From Octopus sinensis (Eukaryota): a DNA stretch of 64,000 nt. The notes beneath the pieces are model-generated. The model was not told the DNA's origin, ran no database searches, and saw nothing but the letters and a program-made list of their open reading frames with translations. The position numbers were made by a program, and so were the translations under genes. Shown one piece after another: positions 15,272 to 28,951 of the stretch. The stretch is taken from the NCBI RefSeq assembly GCF_006345805.1, contig NW_021832601.1, positions 62,001 through 126,000 of the forward strand. Direction: 5' to 3'. Each line of letters starts with the position of its first letter. Position 1 is the first letter of the stretch.

Positions 15272-18023
15272 ATGATGAGAGATTCTTCGCTTGGTCGTGG
15301 TAGTGAGTCAGACGATGTTCTAGAACAGTGATGTTTTATTAAAAATGGATTTTTAGGTCCGATTGCACTGCATTAGAATTTTTTACAGATTTTAATACGA
15401 TTGAACTTTCGCAGAGACTCGTGTGCACTCGTATACATGCACGTATTTTAAGATTGATTTTTTAATTTATAGAAAAAAATAGAATGTTATTTAAAATGGA
15501 AAAAGGCAACTGTGAACTTGTCCGTAATATTTTACTTAGTCACGGAATTGCCGAGGTAATTACTCTTATATAATCAAATAGACGGATGGGCTCTATTGGA
15601 ATGTCTATTGGAGTTGTGGTCAACCTGATTCAGACACTTATTTTTCGATGAAGGAGAACACTAAAATTAATCACTTTCCCAGGTAGTATATTTCAGAGTT
15701 ATTAGAGGTCATATGAGATTACACGCAAAGACAAACTAGCAATAAATATTAATAGGATGCAACTAACAAAGGTATACTAACATAAGATATTTCTAGGGCA
15801 AAAAGCAATTCAATTTTTTACCAAAAAGTTATATTTTGCCTTCTGAATTTCGACTTTTACAGGCTGAAATGCTAAAGAAAAAATGTATTTGGATTGTGAA
15901 GCCGAACTACTCTTCACGAGGACGGGGGATTTATTTGATAACACATGTTTGATAATTTTAGTACTGTTCTTATAGCCATCTCATATACAGACTCATAGTC
16001 AAATGGTTGTTTCAAAATACATTGATAACGTACATCTAATTAACGGTTTTCTCCGAATAAAGTGAATTTATAGACCTAAAATATGATTTGAGAATTTACG
16101 TGGCTCTGACTTCAGTTAATCCTCTTGTCATTTATATGTACCAAGAGGGATTGACAAGGTAAGCCACATCTTCTACCATATTTAGGTTTGCTACAGTCCC
16201 TTATGAACTCAACCCTAAACAACTATATAACACGTATATGCATCTTACAAATTACAGCATAAACAAGAAAAATTCCGATTTCATCTAGTTAGTTTTATTT
16301 AAAATAATTTCAGTAATTTTAATCCATATCGAGAAGATTATGGAAATAAGTGGTCACTAAGTGCTCTCATGAGGTACCTAAAAACTAATAATATTGATAC
16401 GGAATGTAAGAACCATTTTCTAATCTATAGGCATAATCGCTCAAATAGAAGACATAATCATAAAAACAATTATTTCTTCTGAACCCTACATGGCACTGTC
16501 CTGCAAAATTCACAATTTGTCAAATACCAACTGTTTTGGTATACTTAATAAATCTACTAAACAGAATTATTTGGCTTTGATATTTTAATCGACAATGACT
16601 TAAAGGCTTGGCTTCTGGAAGTAAATTTATCACCGTCTCTTGCAACGTTGTCTTATAAATTTATATTTTTAAGAGAATCTCCATTAGATTTGAAAATAAA
16701 AAGCTCGTTGATTGTTGACATGATGAATCTTGTAGGTTAGATAAATCTAAATCCAGGTATTTTAGGAATCTGCTCGAAAAATCCAGTAACCCAGACAAAA
16801 TACAAAAATGTGGTTCGATGATTAATAAAACTAATTGTTTAAAGAGAGTTAAATCGGCCAATTTTACAAACAGGAAAAAAAATAACGCAAACCACTTTAG
16901 AGTTCTAATAAAGAACGAAACGCGTCAGTCTGGGTGGATTAGGATTTTTCCTAAGGAAAAGTCGTGGGATCAATACAAGTAGAGTGTAAATAACTAAATA
17001 CAGGATTTTATTCGATCAGACGTCAAAAATGAATAAAAATATGTATAATTTTCTTTATGGGTATTAGTACATAGTAACTTTGCAGAAAATTTAAGAATGA
17101 TACAATGGCAGAAATACACTCTGTACATGTAAAAAAATTAATAATCATTTGAAATGTAGATTCAGCGTACATTTTCTGCTATGCAAAAAGAATCGAATAA
17201 ACTAATCTTACCAGAAGCAAAATCAAAAAATTTTACAGATGAGACAAATATATATTGTAAAGAAGACTTAACGACAAACAATAAAATATGGTTTAGCGAA
17301 GACGCCGTAAAAATATGCAATTCTATACTCCAGGGGATAATAAAAATAACGTATAGGCGTTTATGAAATTTAAGTCCTCTTCAAGCAAGAATCACTTTCT
17401 CTATCTATCTAAAACGACTGAGAGATCGAATTAAAGAGTACTCTGTCAGTCGCGACACAATCAGCAGAATTCAGAACGAAATTGTTTTTATTGTTCCAAT
17501 TTAACCATAGACAGAGGGCCACAATTAGATTTTTGGAGAGAAACTTTTCAAAGAGGGGGATCCCTGTAGGTATCCCATACAGACGAATGGACATAAAGTC
17601 TAGATGTGACGTAATCTTAAATCAATTGGATCGATTCATATTAACATACGACAATGTAATGTAACGCTATATCATAATTGTAGGATACAAAACGAGTTCC
17701 CGGGTTCACTCCCAGCCGGCCAAGCAATCAAAATGGAGTAATGGATTATCGTTACATAAAAAGTCTCAAGTATCTTAGGTTTTTTATAAAAACATTAAAA
17801 ATTGATTAGTGACGAGGACTTGGAGTCTATTCTCATTAAGTACAATGACTTGGATAGTGAAAAATATGTCAATAGTAGAGGAGAAATTGAATTGCAATTT
17901 TTTAACAAAACATGTATAAAAAGGTTTTAAATTCAGAATAATATTCAGCGGTATTCAATGCGGAGAATCCCGAGAAAACAGAATTCTAAGAAATTTTTTG
18001 CCACCGAAGACGAATTTAATTAA
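15272..18023 (+). CDS. TTLL5: Tubulin polyglutamylase TTLL5-like, multi-exon; both ends approximate
   Basis: INHFPR|[95 protein letters not shown]. Confidence 0.85.
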
Positions 18024-18209
18024 TTGTCAGAGAGATCCATCGGCAAAGAAAATTAGAGATCCGAGTAGACATCAATGGAATAAACGAGTCAGCAGTCCAA
18101 AATCCAACAGAATATGACTATTTTTCATGTAAAATATAATTAATTCAAGTCATATGTTTGACAGCTGTTGCTTTTAGAAGTATAAATTAGTTAAGCTATT
18201 TATGTTTAA

Positions 18210-19316
18210 ATGCAAGAAAACTATGAAAATATATTAAGACGTTTCAGAAATGAGCAAAACAGGGAGTTTGTGAGATTAACAGCTCATCAGTTTATGGAGA
18301 CCTGGAACCATTACGATCAAAATGGTGCATAATCTAATGTATCATTCAGGAAATAATTATATCGACCAATCAGAAGTCGATAATTTTCTCAAAGATCTCG
18401 TTTCTAGTGTTAGTCCGGGCGAAAAAGGACGCGAAGTAAAATATAAAATTTAACATACAAGGCAATGTCACAAATCGCGTTCAAAGAATTGAAAAAGACA
18501 TTTTTGGAGGCCTACGATGACAACAAAGATGGTAAAATAGAACTAAGAGAAGTAAATCTAACAAGAATAATGTTATACAGATGACAAACATTCTGCCAGC
18601 AGACGAACATTTTCTTTTATTTTTTAGAAATGAAATTCAGCTTAATTCTAGTATAGAGTTTATGAAAGTCGATTGTTTAATATTTTATATTTTCTAGGTG
18701 TGGCTCGAGTTTGATGAAGATTCCAATGGATTTATCGAAAAACGTGAGCTCAACGTTGATAGTTTCATTTAAAATTAAGAAATTTATCCGATATTTGCTA
18801 GAAAAACAAGGATACGAAAATGTTTTGGAATCCCAGATAATCTGCAGTTGTGAAATAATGGAATAGTTGTAATAATTATGATTTAGATGATTATATTTGA
18901 CACTAATAAGGACGGGAGACTAGATTTACAAGAAGTTGCTAGGTAAAATGAATTTATAAATTTCCAGGTTGCTTCCGGTAAAAGAAAACTTCACGAAGAA
19001 TAAATGGATAAAAACACATGGAATTCTTACCAAACAAGATATCGAAAAAATTTTCAAGTTTGTAAAAAAAGCAATTTTTAGAAGAATCTCTAAGGAACAC
19101 ACTGATTCAATGAATATTTACGAATTGTCGGAATTTGTTAAGGAATTATATGAAATTTTGAATCAAGTGATTAAAAAATATTTTAAGCAAAAACTATAGA
19201 CCTATACAAATGAAGATATAAAAGAAATCTGCGACATTCTGTTAAAGATATCTCCTGATCAAAATAGAATTGATAAAAAAACACTTTTATCCATTATTAT
19301 GTCATATAAATTGTAG
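18210..19316 (+). CDS. Calbindin-32/calretinin family hexa-EF-hand protein (Cbp53E-like)
   Basis: LTAHQFMETWNHYDQNG|NNYIDQSEVDNFLKDLVSS, AYDDNKDGKIELRE, FDEDSNGFIEKREL, FDTNKDGRLDLQEVARLLPVKENF. Confidence 0.85.
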
Positions 19317-20380
19317 TGTAATAATTTCAAAATAAAATTTATTTTAACTATTTATTTTAGATATTAGCTAGATTGTCGAATTGCTCTCTTAAATTAATGT
19401 TAATTTTGCAATCAAAAAATATTCGTTAGTTCATAATACTCGTCTTCTTTCCCTAAGAGTTATTTATTCTAATGATAAATCAATTAATTAGTTCTCTAAC
19501 CAAAATATTTCAATTCCTTTCGACAAGTCTCCTCCAATATTTTTAATAGGTATCAAAACACTTTTAAAAAATAGCGATGTTTAAATTATGATCCTAGTGT
19601 TACAGATAAAATCGTCTTTTTGTGTATTTTTTCCATAGTAATAAAAAATCTCTCGACAAATGAATTGTTAAGCTAAGAAAATCTTATTAACTAAAAATAC
19701 TGTTAGAAACATAACATATAGAAAACGTTTCATTTTATGAATCTTTCGGACCAAGAATCTAGAATGTATCTTTTCCAAAACTATTTTAAAAATGTGTATA
19801 TGTAGTCATTAATCCTAATATCACATATAAGCACTCAAAATTTCTCCCAAGATCTTGCCATCATGAACTTTTATTTTAAAGCATCATTTTTTGATTTTTT
19901 CCCAATTCACAGTTATTCTGTTTTCAGGGAATCCGTCACTGTTGACAGTATAAATCAGAACCTTCGACCATAGATATGTTGGATTGTTATTGAAGTCCAT
20001 CACAAACATATTAAAAAGATATGGCGGATCCTTCCTGATTCTTCTCATCAGACCAATCAGTTTCAGTATTTTACAAAGGATTTAAAACCTCAATTTCTTA
20101 GTTAGTTACTACTGGTCACTCCAAAAATTTTGAGAGATAATGTTGAAGGAGAAAGAAGGTAGCCCTGGGAAAGAAAAAAGATGGTTGAAGTCATATTTAA
20201 GTAAGCTAAAGTTGAAAAGGTTCGATGTTCTATTCAGATTTGTTTGAAAGGGTGTAACAAATTTTAGTGGCACGGCGAAAATGAACGTCTAATTTTAATA
20301 AATAAAAATCAGATTTATTTAAGTAAAAAAATAATTTAATTTATTATAATAAAATTATTATGCTGTGAAACCTTTATTAA

Positions 20381-21249
20381 ATGACATCTGATGCTCAAGA
20401 TTATATACGCTCCTCTATAATAAAAGAATTAATAGAAGATATTGTTCTTAGTAACAATTCTGATTCGTCAGACACAACGAAGGCTTTCCTTCTTACTTCT
20501 AATTATAAAATAATCGACCAAGCAAGCCAAGATGCTCGTGTGGCTCATCTAATTAACGTATAACTCATTCAAAAATAAATATAGAATAGGGGCATTTCTT
20601 CTTTTTCCCTTCATCAACGTTTAAATAATGCCTTAAAGACATGGATTGGTTCAATATTGGGGCAAGAGTGTCGATCGTATCAAGCATTGATGGAAGAATT
20701 TTCGTTAAACAGAACAATCGAGTCCCAACATACTAAAAGTGTGGAAAAACTTGATCGAAAGACACGATTTTTAGCCAAAAGTATTTGTCTAATCTGAGAC
20801 TAATATTCAGATTTGGAGCAAATTGGAAATTCTGTAGTAAACATTGAAGATAATTTAATTTCTAAGCCTCTAATTGAAAATGTGAAATACTCTCACGCGG
20901 TTGACTCTAAAATATCTCTTATTGAGTCTAAATTACGGTTTGGTTGTCTTGATATTATCCAGTTTGGAGAAAGCTGAGAAATTGGACGAATTTTACTCGT
21001 TTGAGCAAATTCAAATGAGATTGGGAATGAGGTTATTTTTTGCTGGATGTACTGACTAGGGAGGATATTCTCTTCAAGCTTGATGAGGCTGAATATGAGT
21101 TGGGCAAGATAAAAAATTCTCTCTCCCCATTTGACGAATTGGGTGATTCCTTCGAGGAGCTTTGCATCAATTACAGTGTTCTCGTTAAACAGAAAGAGTT
21201 TATGCAACAACTTTTGGAAGAGTCAGACTATTCTTCTTTTATAGAATAA
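20381..21249 (+). CDS. HAUS4: HAUS augmin-like complex subunit 4-like, with an apparent frameshift near 20985
   Basis: C-terminal FYSFEQIQMRLGMR|EDILFKLDEAEYELGKIKNSLSPFDELGDSFEELCINYSVL resembles the HAUS4 C-terminus; 25-30 nt GT-AG introns. Confidence 0.55.
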
Positions 21250-21899
21250 ATTTAAATATTATTATTTTAAAGCTTTTAGGGAGTTAGTTTATTTAAAATT
21301 TCTAACAAATTACAATTTTTTTTATTTTACCATATTAAAGGCATTTGAATTGCGCTCTACGATGATACTGTAACTTGATCCCAAAAGAAATGTGTTTATT
21401 TGAAATTTTTAATATTTTGTTTTTTACTAAGAATAACCATGCAAGAAAACTGCTTTGGACTATTTTGACTATCCTCAGTAGTTTCGATTTTCAGCAACAA
21501 AGTCAGCTGCGACAGAAATTCATTATCTAAAAATCTAATTTTTAAAATTTTTAGGATTCCTAATTCACTTGCTAACAGGTCATATTCATGAATTTTTATT
21601 TGTTCATAATTTTTATTTTAGCTTGCAAGATTATTTTTATTTTAGTTTATTAGCCACCTGCATATTTGATTGACATTTTTATCAGTATTTTTCAGACACT
21701 GAAATAGAATATAGTGAAAATGTTTTTTAGCATATGTACAAATTAAATCTATTTCAATTCATTAGATGTCAATCTTTTCGCATCTAAATGTACTTTTGAA
21801 AGACAAAATCTACAATACTGGCATATGTGTTTTTTGAAAAAATTCTTCGCTCGGGTTAATAATAATACAGAGATATCTAGTTTCGTCGCTCAGTCTCTG

Positions 21900-23500
21900 C
21901 CCCAGAGGCAAATATCATGACCTTGACTCAAGAAATTGTTTCTGAAACAAGCTTAATTTACTCTTTGACAATCAAAACAGCCAAGCTCTCAGTTTGAGGT
22001 TTCTTCCGTACATGCGATTTTAATCATCATCCGTGTTTTCTGCCAATAGCTAATTGGACAATTTACGTGGTCAGGCTCCCCCACGACTGCGTCAAAGTCA
22101 GTACTTCCATCTGGTAATTTGCCTGCATGTCATGTTCTCTAACATTCTAAAAGCTTTTTTGACGTCGCCTTTTTTTACAGGAAAAGGATATGTTTGCAAG
22201 GTATAGCTGCTATAAATCAATGAAGCCTGGTAGTTCTCAGATTTTATCAGCGAGACCAAGAACAACTTACGCTCACTAAGACATCTACTTTCCTTTAAAA
22301 AGATCTATATTAACTGTAGAAGTTCAGAGCACCTCTCATGTTTCGAAGATTGTCTCTTTGCCAGAGCTGCAGTGATCTATAAACACCAAGCACGGAAGAG
22401 TTACTAGAAGATTTTTTCTCCAACTCTTCTCACTGGTTTTTAATCAATGACATAAATGCAAAGAATACCTTTCATGGCTGTAGATTTACAAATAAGAAAA
22501 AAAAATTCTCTAAAATATCGTGAGCAAATCGCCATATCTATTTACGTCCAAGAGCGCTAATCATCATCTCCCTTGTGACTGAGACTTACAAGCACATTCA
22601 TAACCTCACAAGCTATCGCAAACCTAATGGAAGTTCCAGCGGTCCTTTCTGGAGACGCAGAAAACTAGGGTTTCTGACGTGACTATTTTTGGAAAGTCAC
22701 GTTCCAGGGGTTTGGAAGATCTTAGAAATTGGAATGATCAAAAAACTCTCAAAACCTATTAACCAATCTAGCAGCTTACGTCCAATCAGCTTGCTGTCCA
22801 CTATATCGAGACATTTTGGAGAAACTATGAAAAAAGCTTAGAATTATCCGTCAATGAGAAAAAGTGCTTTTGCACCAGAAATAGGGCTTTCACGAAACAA
22901 CGATGATTGCTTCCTAAGTTAATTTTGAAGGAAATAAGTTCACAGAAATCCCGGTCCTTGTATGTCCGAACGTTTTGAAAGCTTTAACCCTTTGTTATTT
23001 AACATGGCTATAAGAAACGTCTAAATCCCCGATGATTCCCGAACTGAAGTTCTGTTTTACGCAGACGATGTGTTGATCCTGAACATCTCAAAAGAACCTC
23101 TGATCTCTGAAAAACGCTTATCTATATGAACAAAATCAACTGGCAACAAGCAACTGAGCATTAGTTTGAATTTCTCATCAAGACGCACGTACACCTGCTA
23201 TTTTTAAAGAGATCTATCGACAGGCTCTATCCCGTACCTGGATCTCTCAATTGATGAGAAACCAAGTTACCTACCCCACATCTACAAGAAGAAAAACTAG
23301 GCCACAGCAACCTTTTGTTCCCTAAGGAATCTGCACTTGGATCCGAAGGCCTTACACTAGAGAAAGAGACACAGGAATACATTCAGTCCTACCTGAAATG
23401 AACCCGGGTCAGAGGACTATATATACAAAGCAATAAAGAATTTAATTTCCCTCAATTGCTTCCAGGACGTATCTTAGAAGAGATCGGCCGTCATCAACAA
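21900..23500 (+). mobile_element. Highly degenerate LINE (jockey-like) remnant
   Basis: RPISLLSTISRHFGE near 22790 and VLFYADDVLILN near 23055, among many stops. Confidence 0.6.
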
Positions 23501-23599
23501 CTATTTTGCAATTTTATCGTCTAGTTAATCATCTCAACGTTTTCGCTGCTTTATTATTAGCACTTTCTAAGAACCAAAAGTAATTTATTTAATTGATTT

Positions 23600-24100
23600 T
23601 GTTTATGCGTGCCACAGAACGAGTTATTCACTTCTAAACAGAAATAGTTTTCCATTGCTATGTTGACAGGTGGCATCTGGCTTATTTGAAGGAGTGACCA
23701 AGTAGATGCCATCTTGATTCAATGATACCCAGGCTCAATGGTCTTGCATTACATATTTTGTATAGATTTTTGTTTGACATTTTATTTGGCCAGTTAATGC
23801 CAAGCAACAGTCAGAGCTTTTCTACAGTAAACCAAAACTGACTTAATAGTGTTTTTTAACATTGTTCTAGATTTTTGTAGATATATAAAAAAATAAGATT
23901 CATCATCGATCGAATGTAGAAGAGAGGACGGTATCTCACTGGTCCTAAACGACTCGGCCAAAGGCCGGAGGGGTAAGCTTTATTCGTGAATATGTTTTTC
24001 AATTGTCTTATTTCCGCAAGTTCTCTAATTAAGACTCTCAGCTCTCGTATTTTTCTAATTGATCTATCTTTTTTAGACCAAATTGAACAGGAGTAAACAC
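23600..24100 (-). mobile_element. RTE-like LINE C-terminal remnant
   Basis: LLGINWPNKMSNKNLYKICN..SRWHLLGH resembles the C-terminus of the 6797-7371 element. Confidence 0.5.
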
Positions 24101-24338
24101 AAATATCTAATCTAACTTATAAAAATAAACTTGTTTAGCATACAATTCAAATTTTAAAAAGTTCAAAGAAGTTTCCTAAAATTGATTATGATATTTTCTG
24201 ACAGCTATTTTCTAGTTTTTGTAGATATCGATTGTCTTAAGAATATGCACGAGAATCAAGAATTTCCTTGAATAATAAACATATGCAAAAATGATGCGGA
24301 AAAATCTTAAAATTCATCTAAAATCCATTCATCTAATT

Positions 24339-24842
24339 CAGCGTTTCCCAACCTTTTTGTGCTCGCGGTATCTAAAACTAGGTTTTTTTTCTCCCGGCAC
24401 TTAAAAAATCAATATCCATTAGAAATGTTTTTTTAATTAATATATTCAAGCAACTTAACAAAAAATTACCAAAAGTAATTATAATAACTGAGACACTTGT
24501 GCTTATTTATATGCACACAAAATTTCCAGACGGGAACGAATTTGCGACAAACATACGCGGAGGTCATCTTCAACTGATAACAATATTCTCAGATATGTCT
24601 TGTAGACGGCGACTGATAGTATTGTTCGATAATGGAATCTTATTAATCTGTTTGGTTGCTTCCTCCTCAAGAATTTTACTAACAATAATTTTGCAGGCGG
24701 GTAATATCAATTTTTCTCCAATAGTGTGATTCTTACGGTTTAAAATATTATTATACAACTATAAATAATTTTCAATTTTAAATATTAAAGATCTTGCGGC
24801 ACCTAAAACCAGACCTCGCGGCACCCCGGTTGAGAATCGCTG
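24339..24842 (-). mobile_element. Non-autonomous hAT element, 504 bp
   Basis: TIRs cagcgtttcccaacc / ggttgagaatcgctg; 8-bp TSD atctaatt; internal HTIGEKLILPACK..IPLSNNTISRR transposase remnant. Confidence 0.92.
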
Positions 24843-25516
24843 ATCTAATTAGTCAGCTACAAAATTGCTATAGTCTATTCGAGAACGATTTTATTTCTGA
24901 AATTACATATACTTGATTATTGACGGCCAATATTAAAATCTGTGAATCAGATTTGTGAAAAGCCTTTTTATTATCATTTCACCCCATGATAACTAATAGA
25001 CTGAGTGATCACTACAAAAAAAACATTCACAACTAAGTAATCACAGACTTGTATGAGATGATTCGTGTCTTGCGGGAGCGACGGTTCAGTACTGCCCTTA
25101 TCATAGGGAATCGTAAGGTTCGTCTGTTTGACTGTTTTGAAGTATTCAGAGAAAATTTTCAATAAAGGCTTACAATAGAGTTAGATCTCTGACGAATTTT
25201 TTCTGCTTGTCAATATTCAGATCATCTATGGTGGTTGATTAAAAGCAATAGTAGTGAGAAACCTTTTCCGTGCATTCAAATGAATCTTATCAAAATTTTA
25301 TTCATAGACAAGTCTATAGACGTTTCTATGGAGTTTTTGATTTCAAATGTTATTTCCTTGGGCCTAAATTTTTAAATCATTTAACTTTTTGTGGTTGTGC
25401 ATGTCTAGGCATTTAGCACCGCATAAAAATATAATTTTATATTATGAATTGTTTAGTTTATACAATTGAAATATAATAATTAAAAACATAATTGAGTAAT
25501 TAATATCTATCTAGGT

Positions 25517-26055
25517 ATGCCTGTAATATTTTCTGTCATGATTGTTAATAAATACGGATCTCTACTCTATTTTTACGAAAAACCACAAAAAAACGTACTT
25601 GACAACATATCTAACGATAAGAGAATTCAAAAAGAAAAAATTCAGGTTTAAACAACATTTATACAAAACAGAATCATGCAATAACAGCGGAGTCTAATGG
25701 TCAGATTTCGCAGGCTAAAAATATGAAACTCTCTGACAACGAAAGAATAATAATGGCGAGTACAATGCATTCACTTTTCCACATAAGTTGTCAATTGGCT
25801 GGTGAAAACGTGGGAAACGGAATACAAGTCATTGAGTCTCCAAATGTTCGAGTTCACTGCTACCAAACTACTACGAGTCTTAAATTTGTAGTCGTATCTC
25901 AGCCAATAACGTTTCGTATACAACAGCTCATGACCAAGTTGTACATGATCTACGTTGATTTTGCCTTAAAGGACCCTTTTTATATTCTTGACATGCCTAT
26001 TACGTCTCAACTCTTTGAGTCTGCTGTCCACGCTGCACTGGATTTTTATTCATAA
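25517..26055 (+). CDS. TRAPPC4: TRAPP complex subunit 4 (Trs23/synbindin), 2 exons, about 170 aa
   Basis: VMIVNKYGSLLY..LSDNERIIMASTMHSLFHI..HCYQTTTSLKFVVV..LYMIYVDFALKDPFYILDMPI; 26-nt intron 25646-25671. Confidence 0.92.
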
Positions 26056-26534
26056 TGAATTTGTAAAGAAATTAACTTTTTAATTGTTTCAAGATGTAAA
26101 CTGATCTTTATGTTCTCCATATATTTATAATTTCAAATAAATAACTTTCATTTTGATAAGTTCTACACATTAGTATTTACGCATTTTAGGGTACTTTTTA
26201 GATTATAAAACAATGATTATTGCAACTAAAACTATATTCAATAGGAGATGTATTGCTTTTATTGTCATCGTCTTATAGTTGATCTTTTTACTGCCCTACA
26301 TTGTTTTTCTGAAAATGTTTTAAATGAATACAGTTCAGATTAATACATATTCCGTGATATATATCTTTCTCAAGGTTGAACTTAAAAAAGTTTGTTTTGT
26401 TGCTAAAAAAACTTAACAAATAAAACTCGAAATTATCAGTTTATGAACAACTCTTGTAATTTACGTTTAAATTTGACGTGATATTAATTTTTTAGATTTT
26501 TAATTAAAGAGCTAAAATTTGTAATAGTTAAAAT

Positions 26535-26960
26535 ATCAATTCTGGAACCGACTGGCCTTGTCCTTGAAGATGCAAAACGTCCAGACGGCTGTACACTTTT
26601 CGCTTTTGAATCCGGGAAGCAGCTCGTTTGGGACGTCACCTGTGCCGACTCTTTCGCCAAGGGAGCCTTGAATTCCACGGCTTGTCGACCCGGTTCGTCG
26701 GCCGAGAAGGCCGAATTCGCGAAACTAACGAAATACGAGGATTTACGCGATCGATTTTGCTTTTGGGCAATTGCCGTCGAGACTTGCTGTGTTTTTGGGG
26801 CCAAGACGCTTGCTCATCTTAAGAAACTTGGCCGTCTGTGCACCTATCGCTTCAGAGATCCCAGGGAATTTATATTCCTTATTCAGAGGATCTCGATGGC
26901 TGTTTTACGCGGGAATTGTCTTTCAATCCTGCGAGCCAGTACTTAATAGCTAGATTTTTT
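26535..26960 (+). mobile_element. CRE-clade retrotransposon 3' fragment
   Basis: LEPTGL..KRPDGCTL..LVWDVTCADS..FLIQRISMAVLRGNCLSI. Confidence 0.85.
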
Positions 26961-27095
26961 AATAATTCCATTAATAAAAAAAATTATTGTTAAAATATTT
27001 TTATAATAATATTTCATTGAATTGAAACTGTCTAAATAGTTTGGATAATCGTAAAAGTCGTTTAATAATACACTATTATTAATATTTGAAATAAT

Positions 27096-28951
27096 ATGTT
27101 TGGCGTTGTAAATCATGGAGTATACAATGATGGCCAAAATGTGGTCGTCTACAGCGGACACTTTATGGTAAGCACATTTGTCAACTTCAATTTAAATACA
27201 ACCAGTAATAGCTGATATTTTTATTTTGAGGTTTATCTTCCTTTCCCTATCATGTGCCCGACGTACCTCTTAACACTCTAATTGACTTTTTGTGGTGTAG
27301 TTATCGGTTTGTGTGTATTTTGCTTTCTATTCGAAGAGGCGTCTTGATTTCTTCAAAATGGAGAAATTTTACTGGTTATTCAATTCCAGGATGCCTTAAA
27401 ATTCGACTTAATAATGCAATTTGGAGAGAATGGTGCCGACAGAGTTATATTTAAATGTTTCTTTATTTCTTTAGATTACTACAATAAAAAGCCGCTGGTA
27501 TGTAAATTTAATGACAAGTTAAATGACATCCATCATGGAAAAAATGTTAATCTAAAACAATCATCTTAGAGCATTATTTTTGAGCAAAACTTTCTTAATA
27601 TGAAACCAACTCTGTTTCGCAAAGAATATAACAAACTGAGAAAGTATTTCTGTGAACGAATTAACGTTCAAATTTCATGTAACGAGAGCAATCAATTCGT
27701 TAGAATATAAATTCCTTAATTATTTGATAGGACGAGCAATCACAATTGACAGAAACTAAAACACCAACTATCTACGAAGATATTAACCTACCTCTATGTG
27801 ACGAAATTGACGGGATACAGAAACCAAATTATTTTTTTCCGAGAACATCATTCGACGACACTGATTTTTTTTCAAAACAACCTCATTATTTTGGAAATTA
27901 CAAGGCTGTCGAGTCTGACACAAAATACAAAAACACGCCGCAAAGAGATTTTACTAATCTTTGGAATCATCCAAATTGTTCATCTTCAAAAATATCACAA
28001 AATCAACAAGATTTTTCGAGAAATCATTTTGTGCCAAACTATAGTTACGGGTAAATAAATTAATGCCAATTGGGCGTGCCTAACCACATAAATTATAAAT
28101 TATAATTAACATTTAGAAATCATGTCATTGGACAACAAGAGTATAATTACCCTGGCTATCCAATGTTGTTTACTAAGGTTTCTTATTTTAGTAATTTTTA
28201 GCCATCGGTTTCTTGTTTTTCAGAGGAAGATCAACGAAAAAGGAAAAGACATATTATTCATTTAAAATCTGAAAAACACAGACGTAATGAAATTAAAGTC
28301 TATTAATCTGAAAAGATTTTATAGAATTGGATTCATACACTTTACCTGTGTATCAAAGACTCAAAAATAAATTCAAGTACCTGCAAACAGAGCTATGCAA
28401 ATATACTACGAGAAGGTACAGTCGACTATTTATCTGTTTAGCGTCAGACTTGTTAACCTGTAACCAGAATGAAATTTTAAAAAACGAAGCAAAACTAGAA
28501 GTAATTAAATCAGAAATCGAATCAAAAACTGAAAAAACGAGGTAATGATATAAATTTAAATACAAGATATCTGCAAGAATTGATTCCCGATGAATCTATT
28601 TCAAATACTGACATTGTGAAAAGAGAATATTCTGAATATTTAAAATATATTTATGACCGTTCATTAATTAATCAAAAATATGCATTATTTGGACTAATTA
28701 TGGAGAAAATGTTCAAGTCATTCATAGGTCAGAAAATGACTAATAATTCGAAAATAAATGATATAGAATCCTGGTTAAACGATAACGTCTCCCTCCAAAT
28801 GTCTAGAGAAGGTATTTAATTGTCATATTTGATAGATTCAATGCGCGTATTGCGAACATTTTCCAAAGATACCTCTATAATCAAAGATCCCTCTTTGCTT
28901 GGCAGCGAATCTATTCAAATTGTAAAAAATCTTATTGAAAAACACAAGTGA
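27096..28951 (+). CDS. MLXIP: Mondo/MLXIP (ChREBP family) bHLH-ZIP transcription factor, compact, multi-exon
   Basis: Mondo conserved regions VVYSGHFM, LISSKWRNF, KIRLNNAIWREW, KEYNKLRKYF; basic region RHIIHLKSEKHRRNEIK; DCD tail KYALFGLIMEKMFKSF..SWLNDNVSL..LRTFSKDTSIIKDP. Confidence 0.85.

Noticed and set aside
19400-20240. Possible minus-strand gene divergent from HAUS4
   Set aside because: I could not build a stop-free spliced frame or recognise a product.
24860-25420. Possible minus-strand gene upstream of TRAPPC4 (62-aa ORF)
   Set aside because: Intron-like segments exist but no coherent reading frame or homology emerged.
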